DNA of 64,000 nucleotides from a virus (Duplodnaviria; Caudoviricetes): IMG/VR virus record IMGVR_UViG_2522572160_000003; one strand, 5' to 3'. Shown piece by piece: positions 58,431 to 64,000 of this stretch (position 1 is its first letter; each line of letters starts with the position of its first letter). The notes under the pieces were generated by a model. It saw only the letters and a program-made list of their open reading frames with translations, ran no database searches and was not told where the DNA came from. The position numbers and the translations under genes were made by a program.

Positions 58431-58769
58431 ATGAACACCTGCATCATCAGCGGCAACCTGGGCGCGGACCCCGAATCCGTGTTCACCGCAGAAGGAACCC
58501 AAATCGCATCCTTCAACATCGCTTTTAGATCCTCCAAGGACAAGACCTCCTGGGTCAAAGTGTCCTGCTTCAACCGATTGGCTGAAGTCGTGGACAAGTA
58601 TCTCCACAAGGGCGCCAAAGTGGCCGTGGTCGGCATGCTGGATCAGGACAAGTGGGAGAAGGACGGGGCCACCCGCATCGCCCACAAGGTCATTGCCAAC
58701 AGCATCGAGTTCATCCGGACCGACGGACGCGGCTTTGACAACGGCGACGATGACGACATCCCCATCTAA
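58431..58769 (+). CDS. ssb: Single-stranded DNA-binding protein
   Basis: MN..IISGNLGADPE...W.KV..F..LAE....YL.KG.KV.V.G; acidic tail DDDDIPI. Confidence 0.92.
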   Translation: MNTCIISGNLGADPESVFTAEGTQIASFNIAFRSSKDKTSWVKVSCFNRLAEVVDKYLHKGAKVAVVGMLDQDKWEKDGATRIAHKVIANSIEFIRTDGRGFDNGDDDDIPI

Positions 58770-58783
58770 CAAGGAGGTGAACC

Positions 58784-59449
58784 ATGGCTGAAAAACCCAA
58801 ACTGGACGAACGCTTTATCATGCGCATCGAAGGCAAGGAGTTCGTGAAGTATCCCGGACTGCTGGACCTGGCGCATCAGAAAGGCATCGCCCAGATCGAA
58901 GTGGAGCCTTTGCAGTTCCCAACCGACGCCAACGGCATGTTCGCCATTTGCAAAGCGGTCGTCATAGCCAAAAACGGCGACAGCTTCAGCGATATCGGCG
59001 ACGCCAATCCCAACAATGTCAACTCCCGGATAGCCAGGCACCTTTTGCGCATGGCATCCACAAGGGCTATTGCAAGGGCTCTTCGGAGCTTCACCAATAT
59101 CGGCATGACCTGCCTGGAAGAGCTTGCAGACTTTGACGACGTCAAGGAGGAAAAACCTCCCAAGCAGACAACGGCAAAGAAGCAGACCAAGCCCAGGGCG
59201 GTCAAGAAGGAAGACAAACCGGTTGAAAAACCGGCTGAAAAGCCTGCCGATAAACCCAATGATAAGGCTGAAGATCGGCCCAGAATGAGCGAAGCTCAAA
59301 AGAAAGCCATCCACAACCTGGCTCAACGCCGGGGCATTGCTCCGGAAGAGTTGGATAAGATGGTTGAGGAAGCCTACGGCTCCGAGCTGTCTCACCTGAC
59401 ATCCACCGACGCATCCCAATTCATCCGCAGCCTGCAACAGGCCGCCTAA
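58784..59449 (+). CDS. Putative single-strand annealing protein (Rad52/ERF/RecT-like)
   Basis: FVKYPGLLDLAH...GDA...RMASTRAIARALR core, Lys/Pro-rich linker, C-terminal SEAQ.KAI...LT..DAS..I..L module; lies between ssb and the exonuclease. Confidence 0.65.
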   Translation: MAEKPKLDERFIMRIEGKEFVKYPGLLDLAHQKGIAQIEVEPLQFPTDANGMFAICKAVVIAKNGDSFSDIGDANPNNVNSRIARHLLRMASTRAIARALRSFTNIGMTCLEELADFDDVKEEKPPKQTTAKKQTKPRAVKKEDKPVEKPAEKPADKPNDKAEDRPRMSEAQKKAIHNLAQRRGIAPEELDKMVEEAYGSELSHLTSTDASQFIRSLQQAA

Positions 59450-59537
59450 CCCAACCCACAACCTTTTGCACCATCGGGGCGCTAAAAAAATGGGCGCACC
59501 GGATAGGTGCGTCCATGCCCCGAAAAGGGGATTATCA

Positions 59538-60335
59538 ATGGATATAAAAGAGTTGAGGAAACAGCCGCATTTATCCGCATCCGGCGTCAACGCCTATGTG
59601 GAATGCGGGCTCCAATACAAGTTCTCCCGTGTGGATCATCTCATCCCGGAATTTCGAACCGACGTGCTCGAGTTCGGATCATGCATTCACAAAGCCCTGG
59701 CTGACTTCAACCAGGAGCGGATGCAAGGCAAAACGCCTGGCATCAAGGATTTGGAAGAATCCTTTGAGGAGCATTGGAATTGCATCGGCGAAAACGTGCA
59801 ATACGCCAAAGGCCGCAGTTTTGAAGATATGCTTGAGGAAGGCAAAGACCTGCTTCAGGCATCCTACGGCCACCTTATAGAAGATCCGTTCCAAATCATC
59901 GCCATCGAAGAGCCTTTCGTGTTCCAGATGGACGGACTGCCGGTCCCATTGATCGGAGTCATGGACCTGGTTTGCGAAGACGCGGACGGGACCATCATCA
60001 TCATCGACTACAAAACCACCAGCCGCGCCTATAGCGGGCGCGAAGCCAACGGCAACTTCCAACTCACCGTCTATCACATGGCCGCCAAGGCCAACGGATA
60101 CGCCGGCAGGGAAATCCTGCTCAGGCTGGACTGTCTGGTAAAGACCCGGACGCCGAAATTTGAACAACACTACACCACCCGCACTCGTAAAGACGAGAGC
60201 CGGGTGCTCCGGAAGATCCAGACGGTCTGGCAAGGAATCCAGGCCGGAATATTCGTACCCAACGACGCAAGCTGGAAATGCAACAACTGCGCTTACAAGC
60301 AGGCGTGCAATCAATGGCTTGAAGGAGGTGAATGA
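59538..60335 (+). CDS. PD-(D/E)XK (RecB/AddB/Cas4-like) exonuclease
   Basis: HLSAS.V..Y.EC, FGS.IH.AL, G.MDLV, IIDYKT, QL.VY, CNNC....C; ATG 59538 after AAGGGG. Confidence 0.9.
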   Translation: MDIKELRKQPHLSASGVNAYVECGLQYKFSRVDHLIPEFRTDVLEFGSCIHKALADFNQERMQGKTPGIKDLEESFEEHWNCIGENVQYAKGRSFEDMLEEGKDLLQASYGHLIEDPFQIIAIEEPFVFQMDGLPVPLIGVMDLVCEDADGTIIIIDYKTTSRAYSGREANGNFQLTVYHMAAKANGYAGREILLRLDCLVKTRTPKFEQHYTTRTRKDESRVLRKIQTVWQGIQAGIFVPNDASWKCNNCAYKQACNQWLEGGE

Positions 60336-60610
60336 TGACCAACCAAACCGCAAACGCAGCCCAGGAATTCCTGACCGTAAACCATGGCGATCGCCAGCAT
60401 CAGATCGTCAACATCGAACTCATGATGCGCAGGCATCAGCCTGAAGAGGTGGTGGACTTCCTGGTCCGCCTCTCCCTCCAATACAAGAAGACATTGGCCC
60501 GCAGTATCCGAAGGGATCGCTCCGACCCGTTCATCAACGAACTGGTGGCAAGGCGCTTTAGAATCCGCATGGCTATCAATACCATCCGAAAGGAGGTGCG
60601 AGCCGCATGA
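60332..60610 (+). CDS. Hypothetical protein
   Basis: ATGA-coupled at both ends; AAGGAGGT RBS. Confidence 0.78.
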   Translation: MMTNQTANAAQEFLTVNHGDRQHQIVNIELMMRRHQPEEVVDFLVRLSLQYKKTLARSIRRDRSDPFINELVARRFRIRMAINTIRKEVRAA

Positions 60611-62436
60611 TTCAATTAAATCCCAAACAAAAGCAGGCCGCCGAATTTGTCTCCGGCATAGCCGCCGTAGTGGCTGTCCCGGGCTCCGGCAAGACGCTCA
60701 CCATGACAACCCGGATCGGCAATCTGGTCCTGCGTCATGGAGTGGCTCCGGAAAGCATCCTGGGGCTGACCTTCACCCGCAACGCCGCCCAGGCCATGCG
60801 GGAAAAATTAAAGCCCATTCTGGAAGATCGCGCATCCCGCGTGACCTTATCAACCATCCATGCATTCTGCCACAACCTGCTCAGGCAGGAAGGCAGAATC
60901 TTCGAGGTGCTTCACGGCAAGGAACAGATGATCCTCTTGAGAAAAATCATGTCCAAGGCCAAGGTGAAAAACCTGCCCACCGGCATGATCCTTCGGGAGA
61001 TCAGCCTGGCTAAAAGCAACCTCGTGAGCGTGGAAGAGTTCGGAGCGCTGTACGAAGGCGACGAGACCATGCAGTCCATCGCCAAGGTATACGCCGCCTA
61101 CGATCTTGAAAAGCAAAAGAAAGGCATACTGGACTTTGACGACCTGTTGACCGAAACCTACCGATTGCTGGAGTCGGACATCGACGTTCTGGAAAAGCAT
61201 CGATCCTCCTACAAGCATGTCTTGGTGGACGAGTTCCAGGACACCAATCCGGCCCAGATGGCGATCCTCAGGCAACTCGTCGGCAAAAAGAACGGAGGCA
61301 GCTTCTGGGTATGCGGAGACGACTGGCAGAGCATCTATGCGTTCACCGGAGCGTCTGTGGGGAACATCCTGAACTTTGACAAGGCCTTCCCCAAGGCCTC
61401 CAGGTACGTGCTTAACACCAACTACCGCTCCACGCCCCAGATCCTGCAAGCCTGCCAAACCCTCATCAACCACAACATCCGAAAAATCGACAAAGCCCTG
61501 GCCACCAACAACAAAGCCGGGGACGGGGTGATTGTGCTGACCTCAGTCAACGAGGAAAACGAAGCAACCCAGGTCGTGAACGAAATCCGCGATCTGGTGG
61601 ATCAGCGCAATTACGCGCTCAAGGACATAGCCGTCCTCTACCGGGCTAACTTTCAATCCCGGGCCATTGAGGAGGCGTTTTCCCAGAACAAGATCCCGTA
61701 CCACATCGAAAAAGGGCACAACTTCTTCCAGAGGTTTGAGGTCAAGGTCTTGCTGGATTATCTCCGGCTGATCAAAGATCCCGATTCGGAAGAAGGAGAC
61801 GAGGCCTTGCGCCAGGTTCTGAACGTGCCCAACCGGTACATCGGCAGAAAATTCATGGCCGACCTGGAGGAGCATTCAGGCAAGAAAGGCGTGCGCATGT
61901 ACGAAGGATTGACCACCATGCGCGTCAGCCCGCCCTATCTGCGAAAAAACGTAGCCGAGTTCCTGGACATCGTGGACCCGCTGGTCGGCTCCAAGCTGGA
62001 GCCTCACGAGATCCTCATGATGTTGCGGGAATCTCTCGATTACGACCAGTTTATAGCAGAGGACGACGTTCCCAGCCCGGACGATTCCAAGCTGGCCAAC
62101 GTGAATCAGTTGCAACTGGTGGCAAGCCGGTATCAGGATATCGGCTCGTTGCTGAACTATGCAGACACCTTCAAGGACGAATTGACCAACGACAAGGACG
62201 GCGTGGCTCTCATGACCATCCATAAATCCAAAGGGCTTGAGTTCCCTGCGGTATTCGTCATCGGCATGGTGGAGGGCATCCTCCCCAACCGAAACGGCGA
62301 TATCGAGGAGGAAAGAAGAATCGCCTTTGTCAGCATGTCCCGAGCCATGCGCCAGCTCTACCTGAGTTGGTCCCAGCATAGCTCCGGCCGGCCTGTCAAA
62401 CGATCATCCTTTATAGAAGAAGCTCTTGGCGAGTAA
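60607..62436 (+). CDS. UvrD/PcrA/Rep family DNA helicase
   Basis: AVPGSGKT, TFTRNAA, VDEFQD, GDDWQSIYAF, NYRS, TIHKSKGLEF and EERR..FV..SRA motifs. Confidence 0.95.
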   Translation: MIQLNPKQKQAAEFVSGIAAVVAVPGSGKTLTMTTRIGNLVLRHGVAPESILGLTFTRNAAQAMREKLKPILEDRASRVTLSTIHAFCHNLLRQEGRIFEVLHGKEQMILLRKIMSKAKVKNLPTGMILREISLAKSNLVSVEEFGALYEGDETMQSIAKVYAAYDLEKQKKGILDFDDLLTETYRLLESDIDVLEKHRSSYKHVLVDEFQDTNPAQMAILRQLVGKKNGGSFWVCGDDWQSIYAFTGASVGNILNFDKAFPKASRYVLNTNYRSTPQILQACQTLINHNIRKIDKALATNNKAGDGVIVLTSVNEENEATQVVNEIRDLVDQRNYALKDIAVLYRANFQSRAIEEAFSQNKIPYHIEKGHNFFQRFEVKVLLDYLRLIKDPDSEEGDEALRQVLNVPNRYIGRKFMADLEEHSGKKGVRMYEGLTTMRVSPPYLRKNVAEFLDIVDPLVGSKLEPHEILMMLRESLDYDQFIAEDDVPSPDDSKLANVNQLQLVASRYQDIGSLLNYADTFKDELTNDKDGVALMTIHKSKGLEFPAVFVIGMVEGILPNRNGDIEEERRIAFVSMSRAMRQLYLSWSQHSSGRPVKRSSFIEEALGE

Positions 62437-62447
62437 TCCATCTAACC

Positions 62448-62475
62448 AGTGCCCGTTCCAAACGGAGCGGGCACT
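62448..62475. terminator. Hairpin between convergent units, probable terminator
   Basis: agtgcccgttcc-aaac-ggagcgggcact, 11 bp after the uvrD stop. Confidence 0.65.
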
Positions 62476-62600
62476 CCAATAACCCTCTATTTTTTTGTAG
62501 ATTTCATCACCCAAGGAGATAATTTTACCTATACAGTATACCCTTCCTGCAAGAGATTTTAATCTCCCAAAAACTCACATTAACCTTCATATGAAGGTGC

Positions 62601-62813
62601 TCAATGAGCAGAACACACCACCCAAGGAGAATTCGGTCTGCAATTCTCGCCAGCAGGTTCCGATGTATCTGAGAATCTACTATGATAATCCACATAAGGC
62701 CTGCCGGACTCTTTAATACAGGCGTCATAGATCACATAGCCGATTCCAACTACAACAAGAATTCCCAAAGAAGTCGACGCTAAACTTGCCAATAACGCAA
62801 GTCCTTTAAACAT
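62601..62813 (-). CDS. Small protein with hydrophobic N-terminus (membrane or exported)
   Basis: GAGGTG RBS; MFKGLALLASLASTSLGILVVVGIGYVIY followed by a polar tail with three Cys. Confidence 0.55.
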   Translation of the reverse strand: MFKGLALLASLASTSLGILVVVGIGYVIYDACIKESGRPYVDYHSRFSDTSEPAGENCRPNSPWVVCSAH

Positions 62814-62858
62814 TAGAACACCTCATCTATTTGTTATGACTCAAGGTTAAGAAAAAAC

Positions 62859-63947
62859 CTAACTACTCTCATCCGAATTATTAGTCATTAAATCCAGGGT
62901 TTTATCAGGATTCCAGTAATCCTCGAAATCTTCATCCCATAGATAAAAATCTGGATACAGTTCTACCTCATAATTCGTTTTTATTGCAACCTCTTGATCT
63001 ATCACATAAAAGCATCCAATGTCGCCAACTAATTCCTTCACTTTCTCTTCATCAGCTTTTGCCTTTTCCGTTTCAGCCATAATTAGGTAAGTATTTTTTC
63101 TACCAATATACGCAAGTTCAAACGTCATGTCAGCATCTATGGCTATGGAGTAATATTTTATCGCATCGGAATATTTCCGTATTCTTCCAAACAGTGCCGC
63201 AATAAAATATGGAGGAACCGGGTCGTCAGGAGATATTTCCATAGCCCTTTCAAAATGTCTTAAAGCATGTTTCCAAGCATCTTGCTTTTTTTCGAGAAAC
63301 TTAAATCCTAACAACATATGGGATATCTTATCAAAATGAGTTTTTGGAACCTGAAACTTTTTTAAGTATTTTAGCATTCTTCCGTTTGCATTCCCTCGCG
63401 TCATGTACTCATAGAAAACTCTTCCGCGTAGTGAATTGAGGGCTTGCTCTATTTGTTCTTCACCCGACTTAGATTGAGTAGATTTTTCTAACAACATCAA
63501 TAGTTTTTGTATCTCCTCAAGGATGTTTTCAGAGACATCTTTTGTATCTAACACTTGTTTGGCTATTTTGTTGACAATTCCATAACGCCTGATCTCACCT
63601 TCTTTGTCCGCGGGCATGATGCCCTTGTTCAAGTGCTCAAACAGCCCTTTATTTTGCTCAATTTCAATTTTAAAATCTTTTTCCGATACTGCTTTTTTTA
63701 GCCATTCTTCGGGGATCCCAAAATCATTGATTAAAATCTGAATTTTCTCATCTGTAAATTTTCGACGTCCGTTTTCCAGACCTTCCAGATACTTGGGGCT
63801 AGTTGTTAGCTTTTGCCATAGCGGTTCCTGTACAGCCTCGCGGCGGGAGGTGTAATTGCACTCTTCTCTGATAATTCGTAACTTGGCTCCTAAAAGAGCC
63901 CACTCTTTTGGGTCCGATGGACCTGGCATCGGTGTTCTAGGCATCAT
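62859..63947 (-). CDS. XRE-family HTH regulator with C-terminal TPRs
   Basis: LGAKLRIIRE...YLEGLENGRR...I..L...FGI..EWL; TPRs HALRHFERAMEISPDDP and YSDAIKYYSIAI.AD. Confidence 0.85.
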   Translation of the reverse strand: MMPRTPMPGPSDPKEWALLGAKLRIIREECNYTSRREAVQEPLWQKLTTSPKYLEGLENGRRKFTDEKIQILINDFGIPEEWLKKAVSEKDFKIEIEQNKGLFEHLNKGIMPADKEGEIRRYGIVNKIAKQVLDTKDVSENILEEIQKLLMLLEKSTQSKSGEEQIEQALNSLRGRVFYEYMTRGNANGRMLKYLKKFQVPKTHFDKISHMLLGFKFLEKKQDAWKHALRHFERAMEISPDDPVPPYFIAALFGRIRKYSDAIKYYSIAIDADMTFELAYIGRKNTYLIMAETEKAKADEEKVKELVGDIGCFYVIDQEVAIKTNYEVELYPDFYLWDEDFEDYWNPDKTLDLMTNNSDESS

Positions 63948-64000
63948 CCATCCAAAAAATGATTAGGGTAGCATTAAGGTTCTAAAGTAGCATTTAAGTT

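Noticed and set aside
59200-59280. Short repeats encoding KPVEKPAEKPADKPNDK
   Set aside because: Ordinary low-complexity protein linker, not a DNA-level element.
59538-60335. Cas4 of a CRISPR-Cas system
   Set aside because: No cas1/cas2 or repeat-spacer array seen in the window; the context is a recombination operon.
55335-62379. Many long minus-strand ORFs (e.g. 58766-59590, 59679-60353, 60850-61473)
   Set aside because: Antisense shadows of GC-rich, strongly codon-biased plus-strand genes that carry clear motifs.

Overview
Accessory, probably mobile, DNA from a bacterium that looks deltaproteobacterial/Desulfobacterota (inferred from gene content). No rRNA, tRNA or CRISPR array was seen. 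From left to right: (1) the left end of an IS1634-family element; (2) a coupled pair of an SF1 helicase-Vsr/DUF559 nuclease and a membrane-anchored coiled coil (candidate defence system); (3) IHF and small genes; (4) a ~12 kb block between two ~165-185 bp direct repeats, carrying five radical SAM enzymes, an MBL hydrolase, a GT2 glycosyltransferase, MucR and a PD-(D/E)XK nuclease; (5) a 27 kb, 19-gene minus-strand operon of almost entirely exported or membrane proteins, with an ExbB/ExbD-like motor, a TonB/TolA-shaped protein, a lytic transglycosylase, a caspase-like/PASTA protein, a TolB-like propeller, a divergent Opp/Dpp-type ABC importer, a vWA protein and two paralogous helical giants. 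This operon is the best candidate for an undescribed cell-envelope machine. (6) a patchwork of phage-type auxiliary genes, a YafK/DpaA-like enzyme and decayed fragments; (7) a GC-rich backbone operon (Ycf46-type AAA, DUF1257, DUF2997, DUF3150, SSB, putative annealase, PD-(D/E)XK nuclease, UvrD); (8) an XRE-TPR regulator followed by a small membrane or exported peptide. All family calls come from motifs recognised by eye; no searches were run.
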